The notes beneath the pieces are model-generated. The model searched no databases. It was not told where the DNA came from and worked only from the letters and a program-made list of their open reading frames with translations. From Clostridia bacterium (GTDB taxonomy: Bacteria; Bacillota; Clostridia; Oscillospirales; CAG-272): a DNA stretch of 64,000 bases. Location of the stretch: positions 10,022-74,021 of the forward strand of contig JAFTXZ010000012.1 of the NCBI GenBank assembly GCA_017461385.1. Direction: 5' to 3'. Positions 50,592 to 60,851 of this stretch are shown piece by piece (the first letter of the stretch is position 1; each line of letters opens with the position of its first letter). The translations under genes were made by a program, and so were the position numbers.

Positions 50592-50683
50592 AAAAGCTCC
50601 TTTTTTTAGGATTATTCCTTAATTATTCTACTATAATATGATTATTTTGTCAATATATTTGTATCTAGATAAGCTTTAGCAAA

Positions 50684-50716
50684 AAAAGAGCCTCCTTACG
50701 GAAGCCCTTTTTTTAT
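50684..50716 (-). terminator. Intrinsic terminator of the str operon (after tuf)
   Basis: Minus-strand hairpin GGGCTTCC-gtaa-GGAGGCTC (one G-U pair) followed by TTTTTTT. Confidence 0.8.
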
Positions 50717-50733
50717 TAAAGCTAATTTATAAA

Positions 50734-51936
50734 TTAAGCAATAATTTCAGTAACAGTACCTGAACCAACTGTTCTACCACCCTCACGGATAGCGAAACGA
50801 AGACCCTTTTCAATAGCGATAGGTGTGATAAGCTCAACGTTCATTGTTACGTTGTCACCAGGCTTCGCCATATCAACATCATCTGGAAGAGTGATGATAC
50901 CAGTAACGTCAGTTGTTCTGATATAGAACTGTGGTCTGTAGTTTGAGAAGAATGGCTTTGAACGTCCGCCTTCCTTTTCAGTTAGAACGTAAACTTGACC
51001 CTCAAACTTTGTGTGTGGGTTGATTGAACCTGGCTTACAAAGAACCTGACCTCTTTCGATCTCGTTCTTTTGAACGCCACGGAGAAGAAGACCAACGTTG
51101 TCACCAGCCTCAGCATTGTCCATAAGCTTATGGAACATTTCGATACCTGTAATAACTGTTGTTCTCTTTTCGTCTGTAAGACCAACGATTTCAACGTTGT
51201 CGTTCATCTTAACAACACCACGCTCAATTCTACCTGTAGCAACAGTACCACGACCAGAAATTGAGAATACGTCCTCAACTGGGAGTAGGAATGGCATATC
51301 AGCCTTTCTGTCTGGTGTAGGAATGTATTCGTCAACGTTAGCCATAAGCTCAAGAATGCAAGCGTACTCTGGAGCAGATGTGTCCTTGCTCTCGGAAAGA
51401 AGTGCGTTTCTAGCAGAACCACGGATGATTGGAATGTCATCACCTGGGAATTCATACTCAGAAAGAAGCTCTCTGATTTCCATCTCAACGAGGTCGAGAA
51501 GCTCTTCATCGTCAACGTCATCACACTTGTTGATGAATACAACGAGTGCAGGAACGCCTACCTGACGAGCAAGAAGAATGTGCTCACGAGTTTGAGCCAT
51601 AGGACCGTCTGTACCAGCAACAACGAGGATTGCACCGTCCATCTGAGCTGCACCAGTAATCATGTTCTTTACATAGTCAGCGTGGCCAGGGCAGTCAACG
51701 TGAGCATAGTGACGCTTTTCTGTCTCGTACTCAACGTGACGGGAGTTGATTGTGATACCTCTTTGTCTCTCTTCTGGGCAGTTGTCGATTTGGCTGTAGT
51801 CCATAAACTCAGCACCACCGAGTAGAGAAAGTGTCTTTGTGATAGCTGCTGTAAGTGTTGTTTTACCATGGTCAACGTGACCGATAGTACCGATGTTAAC
51901 GTGGGGTTTTGTTCTTTCAAATTTCTGCTTAGCCAT
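50734..51936 (-). CDS. tuf: Elongation factor Tu
   Basis: [33 protein letters not shown]..., 400 aa. Confidence 0.98.
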   Translation of the reverse strand: MAKQKFERTKPHVNIGTIGHVDHGKTTLTAAITKTLSLLGGAEFMDYSQIDNCPEERQRGITINSRHVEYETEKRHYAHVDCPGHADYVKNMITGAAQMDGAILVVAGTDGPMAQTREHILLARQVGVPALVVFINKCDDVDDEELLDLVEMEIRELLSEYEFPGDDIPIIRGSARNALLSESKDTSAPEYACILELMANVDEYIPTPDRKADMPFLLPVEDVFSISGRGTVATGRIERGVVKMNDNVEIVGLTDEKRTTVITGIEMFHKLMDNAEAGDNVGLLLRGVQKNEIERGQVLCKPGSINPHTKFEGQVYVLTEKEGGRSKPFFSNYRPQFYIRTTDVTGIITLPDDVDMAKPGDNVTMNVELITPIAIEKGLRFAIREGGRTVGSGTVTEIIA

Positions 51937-51992
51937 TTGAATTTTCCTCCTAAAATTTTTATTTATTAATTATTTTAACTAAAATTAGTTAC

Positions 51993-54098
51993 TTAGTTGT
52001 TCTTTCCACGAGCAGAAATGATTCCCTCTTGGATATTCTTTGGAACCTCAGCAAAGTGATCTGGCTCCATTGAGTAGTTAGCTCTACCCTGTGTTGATGA
52101 ACGCAATGTTGTTGCGTAACCAAACATTTCAGCAAGAGGTACCATAGCAGTAACCTGTGAAGCACCACCTGCAAGTGCGTCTGTGGACTGTACTTGTCCA
52201 CGTCTTGAGTTAAGGCTTCCCATAACTGCGCCTAGGTAATCATCAGGTGTTACAACAACAACCTTAACGATTGGCTCAGTAAGAACAGGATCTGCCTTTC
52301 TCATAGCCTCCTTGAATGCCATTGAAGCAGCAATCTTGAACGCCATTTCTGAGGAGTCAACCTCGTGGTATGAACCATCATATAGTGTAACCTTGAAGTC
52401 AACAACGTTGTATCCTGCAAGTACACCAGTTTGTGATGCTTCTTGAATACCAGCATCTACGCAAGGAATGTATTCCTTTGGAATTGCACCACCAACAACC
52501 TTGTTGATGAATTCATATCCCTTACCAGGCTCGTTTGGCTCCATAATGATCTTAACGTGACCATATTGACCCTTACCACCTGACTGACGTGCATACTTGT
52601 GGTCAACATTTGCTTCTCTACTAATTGTTTCCTTATAAGCAACCTGTGGCTTACCTACGTTAGCCTCTACCTTGAATTCACGAAGTAGACGGTCAACGAT
52701 AATCTCAAGGTGAAGCTCACCCATACCTGCGATAATGGTTTGTCCAGTTTCCTCATCAGTGTAGGTTCTAAAGGTTGGGTCCTCCTCTGCAAGCTTTGCA
52801 AGAGCGATACCCATCTTTTCTTGTCCAGCCTTTGTCTTTGGCTCAACAGCTACGCTGATAACAGGCTCTGGGAATTCCATTGACTCAAGAATGATAGGAT
52901 ACTTTTCATCACAGAATGTATCACCAGTTGTTGTGTTCTTTACACCAACAACAGCAGCGATATCACCTGCGTAGCAAACATCAATATCTTGTCTGTCGTT
53001 TGCGTGCATTTGAAGAATACGTCCGAATCTCTCGTTCTTATCCTTACATGAGTTGTACACGCTTGTACCAGCTTGAACAGATCCAGAGTAAACACGGAAG
53101 AAGCAGAGCTTTCCTACAAATGGGTCTGTCATAATCTTAAATGCAAGTGCTGAGAATGGCTCAGTGTCACTAGCATGACGCTCATCTGGCTCCTCTGTAT
53201 CAGGGTGAATACCCTTAATAGCAGGGATATCTGTTGGTGCAGGCATATATTCAACAACTGCATCAAGAAGCTTTTGAACGCCCTTGTTCTTGTAAGATGT
53301 ACCACATGTTACAGGAACAATTTGGTTTGCAATAACTGCCTTACGAAGAGCAGCCTTAAGCTGTTCGTTAGTTGGCATCTCATCACAGAGATACATCTCC
53401 ATAAGGTCGTCATCTGTTGCGCAGATGGATTCTACAAGATTTGATCTGTACTCCTCTGCCTTTTCCTTGAGCTCGGCTGGAATTTCTTCAACTCTCATAT
53501 CCTTACCAAGGTCATCATAGTAAACATCAGCCTTCATTTCAAAAAGGTCGATGATACCCTTAAATGTGTCTTCAGAGCCGATTGGCAACTGAATTGGAAC
53601 TGCGTTAGCATTAAGTCTTTCCTTCATCATAGATACAACTCTATAGAAGTCTGCACCCATAATGTCCATCTTGTTAACATAAGCCATGCGTGGAACGCCG
53701 TATTCGTTAGCCTGTCTCCATACGGTTTCAGACTGAGGCTCAACACCGCCCTTCGCACAGAAAACGGTAACAGATCCGTCAAGAACTCTTAGAGAACGCT
53801 GTACTTCAACGGTGAAGTCAACGTGGCCAGGAGTATCAATAATGTTGATACGTGTTGGCGCGAATTGGTTTGCTGAACCAGACCAGAAGCATGTTGTAGC
53901 AGCAGAAGTAATTGTAATACCTCTTTCCTGCTCCTGCTCCATCCAGTCCATTGTTGCAGAACCTTCGTGAGTTTCACCTATCTTATGTGTCTTACCTGTG
54001 TAAAACAAAATACGCTCTGTAGTAGTGGTCTTACCAGCGTCAATGTGCGCCATAATACCAATATTACGGGTATTTTCAAGTGAATATTCTCTTGGCAT
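51993..54098 (-). CDS. fusA: Elongation factor G
   Basis: [35 protein letters not shown]... Start set at the ATG (54098) rather than the upstream TTG. Confidence 0.97.
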   Translation of the reverse strand: MPREYSLENTRNIGIMAHIDAGKTTTTERILFYTGKTHKIGETHEGSATMDWMEQEQERGITITSAATTCFWSGSANQFAPTRINIIDTPGHVDFTVEVQRSLRVLDGSVTVFCAKGGVEPQSETVWRQANEYGVPRMAYVNKMDIMGADFYRVVSMMKERLNANAVPIQLPIGSEDTFKGIIDLFEMKADVYYDDLGKDMRVEEIPAELKEKAEEYRSNLVESICATDDDLMEMYLCDEMPTNEQLKAALRKAVIANQIVPVTCGTSYKNKGVQKLLDAVVEYMPAPTDIPAIKGIHPDTEEPDERHASDTEPFSALAFKIMTDPFVGKLCFFRVYSGSVQAGTSVYNSCKDKNERFGRILQMHANDRQDIDVCYAGDIAAVVGVKNTTTGDTFCDEKYPIILESMEFPEPVISVAVEPKTKAGQEKMGIALAKLAEEDPTFRTYTDEETGQTIIAGMGELHLEIIVDRLLREFKVEANVGKPQVAYKETISREANVDHKYARQSGGKGQYGHVKIIMEPNEPGKGYEFINKVVGGAIPKEYIPCVDAGIQEASQTGVLAGYNVVDFKVTLYDGSYHEVDSSEMAFKIAASMAFKEAMRKADPVLTEPIVKVVVVTPDDYLGAVMGSLNSRRGQVQSTDALAGGASQVTAMVPLAEMFGYATTLRSSTQGRANYSMEPDHFAEVPKNIQEGIISARGKNN

Positions 54099-54177
54099 CT
54101 GTATTTTTCCTTTCAATAATTAAAGCTCTTAGCATTAGCATGCTTGAGCGTACGTCTTGTCAACCCGATGGTGACAA

Positions 54178-54648
54178 TTAATATCTGTAATGTGCGAAAG
54201 CCTTATTAGCTTCAGCCATTCTGTGAGTTTCTTCTTTCTTCTTGAAAGCTCCGCCCATGCTGTTCTTTGCATCAAGGATTTCTCCTGCAAGTCTTTCAGC
54301 CATTGTCTTCTCGCCACGTTTTCTTGAATAAATTGTGATCCAACGAAGACCAAGTGTTTGGCGTCTCTCAGCTCTTACTTCCATTGGTACCTGATAGTTA
54401 GAGCCACCTACACGGCGAGCCTTAACCTCCAATACAGGCATTACATTGTTAAGAGCCTCTTGGAACATTTCAAGTCCGTTTTCGCCAGTCTTTTCTTCTA
54501 CGAGCTTAAATGCGTCGTAAACGATCTTTTGAGCAACACCCTTCTTACCATCAAGCATAATGTTGTTGATAAGCTTTGTTACTAGCTGTGAACCATAAAG
54601 TGGATCTGGCAATACATCTCTCTTGGAAATTTGACCTCTTCTTGGCAC
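54178..54648 (-). CDS. rpsG: 30S ribosomal protein S7
   Basis: GTG start preceded by AAGGAGGGA. (M)[27 protein letters not shown]...; ends ...AFAHYRY. Confidence 0.95.
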   Translation of the reverse strand: MPRRGQISKRDVLPDPLYGSQLVTKLINNIMLDGKKGVAQKIVYDAFKLVEEKTGENGLEMFQEALNNVMPVLEVKARRVGGSNYQVPMEVRAERRQTLGLRWITIYSRKRGEKTMAERLAGEILDAKNSMGGAFKKKEETHRMAEANKAFAHYRY

Positions 54649-54806
54649 TTTTCTTCCCTCCTTCATTAAAAATATGATATCATTGGTACTCGAAAGAAAT
54701 TTCTCCCGTCGTGTCCAAACAAATTGTCACTGACATAATAACATTTATTTCAGCTTCAAGTTGGGAACGATTAAAAATTATCTTTTCTTACCTCTTAGCA
54801 AAGAAA

Positions 54807-55223
54807 TTACTTCTTCTTTGCTCTCTTTGCACCGTACTTAGAACGGCTTTGGTTACGATTTGCAACACCCTGTGCATCAAGTGTACCACGGATTACATGA
54901 TAACGTACACCAGGCAAGTCACGAACTCTACCACCACGAATAAGAACAACAGAGTGCTCTTGTAGGTTGTGTCCGATACCAGGAATGTATGTTGTTACCT
55001 CCATACCGTTTGTAAGCTTAACTCTTGCAATCTTACGGAGAGCTGAGTTTGGCTTCTTTGGTGTGGTTGTTGTAACCTTTGTACATACGCCTCTCTTTTG
55101 AGGAGCGCTTTGATCAATCGCTTTGTTCTTCAATGAGTTGAAGCCTGTTTGAAGAACTGGGGTTTGAGACTTAAATGTCTTGTTGCTTCTTCCCTGTCTA
55201 ACGAGCTGATTAAAGGTTGGCAT
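54807..55223 (-). CDS. rpsL: 30S ribosomal protein S12
   Basis: [12 protein letters not shown]... and ...[19 protein letters not shown]... Confidence 0.97.
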   Translation of the reverse strand: MPTFNQLVRQGRSNKTFKSQTPVLQTGFNSLKNKAIDQSAPQKRGVCTKVTTTTPKKPNSALRKIARVKLTNGMEVTTYIPGIGHNLQEHSVVLIRGGRVRDLPGVRYHVIRGTLDAQGVANRNQSRSKYGAKRAKKK

Positions 55224-55337
55224 CTTCTTCCTCCTTCTTCTAAAATAAATGCTTTACGTCGGTGCCATTTGGCACGATGTATTGTAGCGTCTGCAAATGG
55301 GCATAGTTCTAGCTTATTCGCATTCGCATACAGTTGT

Positions 55338-55366
55338 ATTATATCATTTGATATTTTTAATGTCAA
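55338..55366 (-). promoter_or_regulatory. Consensus sigma-A promoter of the rpsL-rpsG-fusA-tuf operon
   Basis: The minus strand reads TTGACA, 17-nt spacer, TATAAT (perfect hexamers), about 110 nt upstream of the rpsL ATG. Confidence 0.8.
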
Positions 55367-55480
55367 GCAGAAGTGTTTTTGCAAGGAATTTTCTCTGTTT
55401 TGCACAAAATATCAATGAATAATGCTAGGTTTTTAGTAAGTTTTTCAGTACAAAATCAACAAAAAACTGATTTTTTAAGC

Positions 55481-55521
55481 TTTTTCAAAGAAAGGGAACC
55501 TCAACGCAAATTGGGGTTCCC
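55481..55521 (-). terminator. Intrinsic terminator after ftsZ
   Basis: Minus-strand hairpin GGGAACC...GGTTCCC followed by TTTCTTTG. Confidence 0.65.
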
Positions 55522-55528
55522 AGTAAAA

Positions 55529-56632
55529 TCAATATTTATCGTCAAAATCGCCGTTTATGTTGCTTCTTCTATTGTCATTTACCATTTTAAGAATATCGTC
55601 TATTGAGGAATCTCCATCAATCTTGTCAGGAGTTACAATGTTTATATCCTCATCATCAGCAATCTTCTTTGAGGACTTTTTGTCAAAGCCTGTTGCGATA
55701 ATCGTTACACGCATTGCATCCTCAAGCTCACCATCAAAGGTAACGCCCCAGATAATATTTGCATCAGCCGCTGCCTCCTCGGTAATCATGCTAGATGCCT
55801 GGTCTGCCTCGTCAAGCTCAACGCCCTCAGAAACGGTAATGTTAATAAGAATTCCATTCGCGCCCTTGATTGAAGTTTCAAGAAGTGGACTGGCAATTGC
55901 CATTTTAGCAGCCTCAATCGCCTTGTTTGGTCCTGTTGCCTCGCCAACACCCATGTGTGCCATACCAGCACCCCTCATAACCGTTGAAACGTCAGCAAAG
56001 TCAAGGTTTACAAAGCCTGCAACGTTTATAAGGTCTGAAATACTCTTAACTCCACGCTTCAATACATCGTCGGCAATGCCAAAGGCATTCATCAGTGTGA
56101 TTTTTTGATCAGAAATTTCCTTTAGTCTTTCGTTAGGAATAACAACCAAGGAGTCAACATGCTTTGAAAGCTCTGCAATTCCCTGATCTGCCTGTAGCAT
56201 TCTTCTAGGTCCCTCAAACTTAAATGGCTTAGTTACAATACCAACGGTCAAAACACCCATTTCTTTAGCAATTCTAGCTACAATTGGAGCAGCGCCTGTG
56301 CCCGTGCCACCGCCCATGCCAGTAGCTACAAACACCATATCTGCGCCCTTGATAGCCTCTTTAATTTCATCTGCACTTTCCTCGGCTGCCTTCGCACCCT
56401 TTTCTGGGTCTGCGCCTGCGCCCTTGCCACTGGTTACCATTTCGCCAATGCAAATTTTTTTTGCAGCTCCAGATCTTAAAAGGGCTTGTCTATCTGTGTT
56501 AATTGCGATAAACTCAACGCCCTTAATGTTAGATGATATCATACGATTAACGGCATTATTACCGCCACCGCCTACGCCTAAAACTCTTATATCAACGCCA
56601 GATTCAAAATCATTATCTAATTCAAAAGCCAT
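55529..56632 (-). CDS. ftsZ: Cell division protein FtsZ
   Basis: Tubulin signature [25 protein letters not shown], and a C-terminal acidic/variable tail. Confidence 0.97.
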   Translation of the reverse strand: MAFELDNDFESGVDIRVLGVGGGGNNAVNRMISSNIKGVEFIAINTDRQALLRSGAAKKICIGEMVTSGKGAGADPEKGAKAAEESADEIKEAIKGADMVFVATGMGGGTGTGAAPIVARIAKEMGVLTVGIVTKPFKFEGPRRMLQADQGIAELSKHVDSLVVIPNERLKEISDQKITLMNAFGIADDVLKRGVKSISDLINVAGFVNLDFADVSTVMRGAGMAHMGVGEATGPNKAIEAAKMAIASPLLETSIKGANGILINITVSEGVELDEADQASSMITEEAAADANIIWGVTFDGELEDAMRVTIIATGFDKKSSKKIADDEDINIVTPDKIDGDSSIDDILKMVNDNRRSNINGDFDDKY

Positions 56633-56742
56633 TTTTCAACCTCCACAAGTGTTATATACATATTTATTCACATTAATAATACACTATTTCTGCTACAAAA
56701 TCAAGACCTTTTGTCTTATCTTTTTTATTTTTTAATTTTTTG

Positions 56743-56771
56743 TTGACATTTTATCAGCAAACAAGTATAAT
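56743..56771 (+). promoter_or_regulatory. Consensus sigma-A promoter of the CapD-like gene
   Basis: TTGACA (56743-56748), 17-nt spacer, TATAAT (56766-56771). An AAGGAG RBS precedes the ATG at 56803. Confidence 0.8.
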
Positions 56772-56802
56772 TTTATTTGGATAGATTTTAAGGAGAGTTT
56801 TC

Positions 56803-58662
56803 ATGAAAAAAATATTTTATTCGCCAGTTATTAGGGCAATATTCCTAGTTATTATCTTTTTAGTGGCTTTTTTCTTATCGACAGTCTTAGCCACATTATT
56901 CACCGAAAATCTGACTTTAGATAAATATTCAACTGTGGCTCTTATTCCACTTGCAGTTGGCGCTATAATCATTATGGTGCTTGCGCTTGTTTTGAGAATG
57001 CACGTATCCTCTTTTAGGCACGCAAGTGTTGTTGAAATAGTAAAGGTTTCTGTAATTTCTGCTGGTGTTTTAGTGGGAATGCTAGTTTTACACTTTGTTC
57101 CTTACACCGAAAAGCAAGAGGATATCATAGGAGTAGATTGGTGCACACTCACCTTTTCATTCTTTTTTATGGCTTCTCTGTTTATCACATTTTTCTACAG
57201 AGCTATTCTTTCCATAAAGCACCATGTTAATTATAGAAGCAATGGAAACAAAAAGAAGGTTTTGATAGTGGGCGCAGGTGAGGCTGGTAGTATGATTCTT
57301 CGTGAAATTCAATCCAGCAATAAAATATTGCTAGAGCCTGTAGGCTTTGTTGATGACGATCCTTCAAAGATAGGAATGTACATTTTTGGCGTTAAGGTGC
57401 TAGGTGGTTGCGAATCTATAAAAGAAATAGTCGAAAAGCAACACGTGTCAGCTATTTTCATTGCAATGCCATCTGCCAGTGCTCAAACAATCAAAAAAAT
57501 CACCAGTCAATGTATTGACACCAAGTGTGAGGTTAAAACTCTACCTGGTCTTTATCAGCTTATGGACGGTGCTATTTCTGTATCAAGACTCCGTAACGTT
57601 GACGTAAATGACCTTTTGGGTCGTGAGCCTGTTAAAACCAATCTTTCAGAGGTTATGGGCTACATTGAGGATCAAGTTGTTTTGGTTACAGGTGGCGGTG
57701 GCTCAATTGGTAGCGAGCTTTGCAGACAGATAGCTACACAAAATCCTAAGCAGTTAATTATTCTTGACATATATGAAAACAACGCTTACGAGATTGAACA
57801 GGAGCTTAAGAGAAAGCTTCCTAACCTGAATCTTGTAACGCTTATCGCTTCTATTCGTGATAGTGGCAAAATGGACGATGTTTTCAAGACCTATCGTCCT
57901 GATATTGTATTCCATGCAGCTGCACACAAGCACGTGCCACTTATGGAAACAAGCCCTAACGAGGCAGTTAAAAACAATGTTATCGGTACATATAAGGTTG
58001 CTAAATGTGCAGATAAGTATGAGGTTAAAAAGTTCGTACAAATTTCCACAGATAAGGCTGTCAACCCTACCAATATTATGGGCGCTACAAAGCGTATTTG
58101 CGAAATGATTATTCAAGCCTTTGCAAAGAGGTCAAATACATGCTTTGTTGCAGTAAGATTCGGAAACGTTCTTGGCTCAAACGGCTCTGTTATTCCTCTA
58201 TTCAAGAAGCAAATTGAGGAGGGCGGTCCCGTTACTGTTACCCATAAGGATATCATCAGATATTTTATGACAATTCCAGAGGCAGTTAGCCTTGTTTTAC
58301 AGGCTGGTGCTAAGGCAAATGGTGGTGAAATATTTGTGCTTGATATGGGTGAGCAGGTAAGAATTTATGATTTGGCTGAAAACCTTATAAAGCTTTCTGG
58401 CTATGAGCCTCACAGAGATATCGAAATAAAGATTACAGGACTTCGTCCTGGCGAAAAGCTCTACGAGGAAAGACTTATGGCTGAAGAAGGTCTTACTAAG
58501 ACTGAAAATGACAGAATAAGCATTGGAAAACCTCTTGATATTGATGAGGACAAGCTATTCAAAACCCTCGACAAGCTTTATAACGAGGCATATAACGAGA
58601 GTGATGAGATGAAGGAGCTTGTTAAGGAGCTTGTTCCTACTTACAAAATTGATAGAAGATAA
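56803..58662 (+). CDS. Polysaccharide biosynthesis protein, CapD/PglF/WbpM-like membrane-bound NDP-sugar 4,6-dehydratase
   Basis: Four N-terminal TM segments and two Rossmann regions (VLIVGAGEAGS; VLVTGGGGSIGSEL). SDR catalytic context ...YGATKRICE... Confidence 0.88.
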   Translation: MKKIFYSPVIRAIFLVIIFLVAFFLSTVLATLFTENLTLDKYSTVALIPLAVGAIIIMVLALVLRMHVSSFRHASVVEIVKVSVISAGVLVGMLVLHFVPYTEKQEDIIGVDWCTLTFSFFFMASLFITFFYRAILSIKHHVNYRSNGNKKKVLIVGAGEAGSMILREIQSSNKILLEPVGFVDDDPSKIGMYIFGVKVLGGCESIKEIVEKQHVSAIFIAMPSASAQTIKKITSQCIDTKCEVKTLPGLYQLMDGAISVSRLRNVDVNDLLGREPVKTNLSEVMGYIEDQVVLVTGGGGSIGSELCRQIATQNPKQLIILDIYENNAYEIEQELKRKLPNLNLVTLIASIRDSGKMDDVFKTYRPDIVFHAAAHKHVPLMETSPNEAVKNNVIGTYKVAKCADKYEVKKFVQISTDKAVNPTNIMGATKRICEMIIQAFAKRSNTCFVAVRFGNVLGSNGSVIPLFKKQIEEGGPVTVTHKDIIRYFMTIPEAVSLVLQAGAKANGGEIFVLDMGEQVRIYDLAENLIKLSGYEPHRDIEIKITGLRPGEKLYEERLMAEEGLTKTENDRISIGKPLDIDEDKLFKTLDKLYNEAYNESDEMKELVKELVPTYKIDRR

Positions 58663-58665
58663 ACA

Positions 58666-58705
58666 AAAAATACAAGAGTGTCAGTAGACATTCTTGTATT
58701 TTTTA
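58666..58705 (+). terminator. Intrinsic terminator of the CapD-like gene
   Basis: Hairpin ATACAAGA-(14 nt)-TCTTGTAT followed by TTTTTT. Confidence 0.7.
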
Positions 58706-58733
58706 TCGCTTTTTTTATATTTGTCGAGACTTT

Positions 58734-58815
58734 GGGTGCCAAAAAGGCACCCTTGTCCCTTTTTGAGTTAATTAATTGTCAGCCCCTTGGAGACGAGGAA
58801 GTGTCATCTGTCTCC
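58734..58815. repeat. Cassette-end module copy R1 (82 bp)
   Basis: GGGTGCC-aaaaa-GGCACCC TTGTCCCTTTTT GAGTTAATTAAT tgtcagcccctt GGAGACGAGGAAGTGTCATCTGTCTCC. It supplies the last codons and stop of the 146-aa ORF. Confidence 0.9.
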
Positions 58816-59219
58816 ACAAACTTGAAACTATCGATAATCGAATCACATATTTTAACTTCCGCATTTTTTCGCTCACTTTGATACGTAGCCAACACTATTT
58901 TAGGCTTTTTTGCCACAACCCACAATTTAACAAACCATTTATCAGAAGTTGTGCCAGTTCCGTACAAAAGCGTCTTTCCTTCTTTATTAAGAAGTATTAA
59001 AGGCAAATGCAAAATTACGTTATTATTATCTATAAATCTTTTCGCTAATATACTTATCTGCTCATCCAATGATTTGTCTAAACAGAGGACGTCAAAAAAG
59101 GACATTGTTATTGCTCCATTGCCATTGGGATTATACAAAAAAAGATTGTCTTCATCCTCTTCTGCGCACCAATTGTTAGGCAACTTGTATTCTAAATATT
59201 TATTGTGGTTAGGCACCAT
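58779..59219 (-). CDS. Hypothetical protein (146 aa), soluble; C-terminal tail ...FVETDDTSSSPRG
   Basis: ORF with GGAGGG RBS 7 nt upstream of the ATG. No recognisable domain. Confidence 0.6.
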   Translation of the reverse strand: MVPNHNKYLEYKLPNNWCAEEDEDNLFLYNPNGNGAITMSFFDVLCLDKSLDEQISILAKRFIDNNNVILHLPLILLNKEGKTLLYGTGTTSDKWFVKLWVVAKKPKIVLATYQSERKNAEVKICDSIIDSFKFVETDDTSSSPRG

Positions 59220-59244
59220 TCATTATCCCTCCTAATCATACAAT

Positions 59245-59712
59245 TTAAGAACACCCGTCCCCTGTATTCATTTCTTCAATTTTCTGCACATCACATATTT
59301 TTGTGTTAGGGTAATATCTAATAGTGTAAGTTTTTCCTACTTCAACATCTCTCGCGTATAAAACAATGTATTCGTCTTTTTCTATCAGATAAAATTTAGG
59401 TTTACTGTTTCTTCGTCTTCCATTTCCGTCATAATCAATCTTTGAACTGGTAAATTCTACAACTGTTGCCTTTTCTTCGATATAACTATTACTAGAAACG
59501 TATCTATAATCTTTACAGCAAAGAGTAAACAAATTGGTACATAAAATACTTAATGTCAAGAAAGCACATTGGCAAACTAATAGCATTATTACACCATATT
59601 TTTTTCCTGATACTATTTTTTTTGCAAAGACAAAGCCCATAACAAATAAGAACACAAATAATATCATTCCCACCAATGTTAAGCAAAATAACACCCAATA
59701 ATTTTTAACCAT
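59245..59712 (-). CDS. Hypothetical membrane protein (155 aa), 2 TM + beta-rich C-terminal domain (DUF3592-like pattern); tail ...MNTGDGCS
   Basis: AGGAG RBS upstream. Two hydrophobic helices are followed by ...VVEF...Y...Y.V.GKTYTIRYYPN.., which resembles the DUF3592 layout (a weak call from memory). Confidence 0.6.
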   Translation of the reverse strand: MVKNYWVLFCLTLVGMILFVFLFVMGFVFAKKIVSGKKYGVIMLLVCQCAFLTLSILCTNLFTLCCKDYRYVSSNSYIEEKATVVEFTSSKIDYDGNGRRRNSKPKFYLIEKDEYIVLYARDVEVGKTYTIRYYPNTKICDVQKIEEMNTGDGCS

Positions 59713-59745
59713 TTCCTAACTCCTGAACGTATGGATATAGAGCTC

Positions 59746-59772
59746 GGAGACAGAGGACGGTTCCTTGTCTCC
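59746..59772. repeat. Inverted partial copy of the module's second hairpin (IR-left)
   Basis: GGAGACAGAGGACGGTTCCTTGTCTCC matches the reverse complement of 59940-59966 at 25 of 27 positions. It is followed by GTTTTTCTGTTT. Confidence 0.9.
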
Positions 59773-59886
59773 GTTTTTCTGTTTAATACTACTTTAAATA
59801 TTTTTCAATCTTTTTTTAGTCGTTCCCGTCATACGACTTATTTGTCTATCGACATGCCTTTTCGTATAGCTATATGTAGAAACGCT

Positions 59887-59966
59887 GGGTGCCAAAAGGC
59901 ACCCTTGTCCCTTTTTAGTTAATTAATCGTCATTCATTTGGAGACGAGGAACCGTCCCCTGTCTCC
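59887..59966. repeat. Cassette-end module copy R2 (80 bp)
   Basis: GGGTGCC-aaaa-GGCACCC TTGTCCCTTTTT AGTTAATTAAT cgtcattcattt GGAGACGAGGAACCGTCCCCTGTCTCC. It supplies the last codons and stop of the 212-aa ORF. Confidence 0.9.
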
Positions 59967-60568
59967 ATAAAGTGCTTGATTGCTGTATTTACAAAATGCT
60001 CTATTTCTTCCTGATATTTCTCGCTTTCCAAAGCATATTTTTGCGAATCTGATATAGAAAAATATATTATTCCATTTTTTAATACATTGTTGGTAAATAT
60101 GAAGATTGAACTCAAAGATTTTTCCACTTTGTCTTGATTCAGTTTCTTTGGTGCAAAATAGAATAACCTAATTCGACTTTTTGTAAATTGAACAAACTCA
60201 TGATATTCGGAATATGATGTACCAAACAAGCCTAAATCTTCATATTTTAAGTGAACATTTTTGTTGCGATCAACATACGATACTCCCGCCTCGCTAAAAG
60301 TAAGCTCAAATCTCTTTGTTTTAAGACCATTTAGAACTTCAAAGCTTCCAGCTGACATTATAACTGCAACCAATATCGCTAAAACAATATAATTAGTGCT
60401 TAAAACGCTTTGTCTGATCAAATTTATAACAAAAAGGCTTATCAAAAGAGGTATGCCCAAAAATAGCATCTTGGATATTTGGGCTTTCTTTATGGTTTTT
60501 CTGTTGTACCTAATTGCTTTTAAAATACCATTTTCATAAAATGAGCATTCAAACACCCTACCAGTCAC
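59930..60568 (-). CDS. Hypothetical membrane protein (212 aa), 2 TM + soluble domain; tail ...FMETGDGSSSPNE
   Basis: The ORF as tracked starts at a GTG with no spacing to a GGAG. An internal ATG (MLFLGIPLL...) is an alternative start. Two clear TM helices. Confidence 0.55.
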   Translation of the reverse strand: MTGRVFECSFYENGILKAIRYNRKTIKKAQISKMLFLGIPLLISLFVINLIRQSVLSTNYIVLAILVAVIMSAGSFEVLNGLKTKRFELTFSEAGVSYVDRNKNVHLKYEDLGLFGTSYSEYHEFVQFTKSRIRLFYFAPKKLNQDKVEKSLSSIFIFTNNVLKNGIIYFSISDSQKYALESEKYQEEIEHFVNTAIKHFMETGDGSSSPNE

Positions 60569-60818
60569 CTCCGTTTAGAGTCTCCACAAAATTCACAAAA
60601 TTATTTTTGAATAATCTAACCAAATCATTAATACACACCTCAGCTATCAATTCTATATGTTTGTAATCAATATTAATATTTTTAACATTATGAACAATTG
60701 CACCACCCAAATAAACCACATATAAAATCGTAAACTGTTTGAAGTGCTGGATGAAGTGGCGATGTTGATGATTTAGTTTCAGGCTTCGTTTCTGTTGGCA
60801 TGACAATCTTTCCACCAT
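60558..60818 (-). CDS. Questionable small ORF (86 aa); tail ...FVETLNGGDW
   Basis: ATG start without a recognisable RBS. His/Lys-rich N-terminus. The 3' end carries a degenerate remnant of the shared tail (GTCTCCACAAA). Confidence 0.35.
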   Translation of the reverse strand: MVERLSCQQKRSLKLNHQHRHFIQHFKQFTILYVVYLGGAIVHNVKNINIDYKHIELIAEVCINDLVRLFKNNFVNFVETLNGGDW

Positions 60819-60851
60819 TAAAAAATATAGAGTTCATACAATCGGGATCGA

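Noticed and set aside
51098-51565. Long antisense ORFs inside tuf, fusA, ftsZ, the clp gene, ligA and others (e.g. 51098-51565, 55557-56108, 21283-21726, 62788-63234)
   Set aside because: They are mirror-frame ORFs opposite highly conserved genes. They are Ser/Leu/Ile-rich with no RBS, which is the typical shadow-ORF artefact.
59731-59922. 63-aa plus-strand ORF in the intergenic segment (also 58678-58881, 58776-59000, 58951-59235 on the plus strand)
   Set aside because: They run across repeat modules or antisense to better minus-strand ORFs. They lack an RBS and have low-complexity, unprotein-like composition.
58779-60568. Type I toxin-antitoxin or polymorphic-toxin immunity array
   Set aside because: The ORFs are 146-212 aa rather than short hydrophobic peptides. 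No LXG/RHS/nuclease toxin domain or T7SS gene is visible. The immunity-like idea is pure speculation without profile searches.
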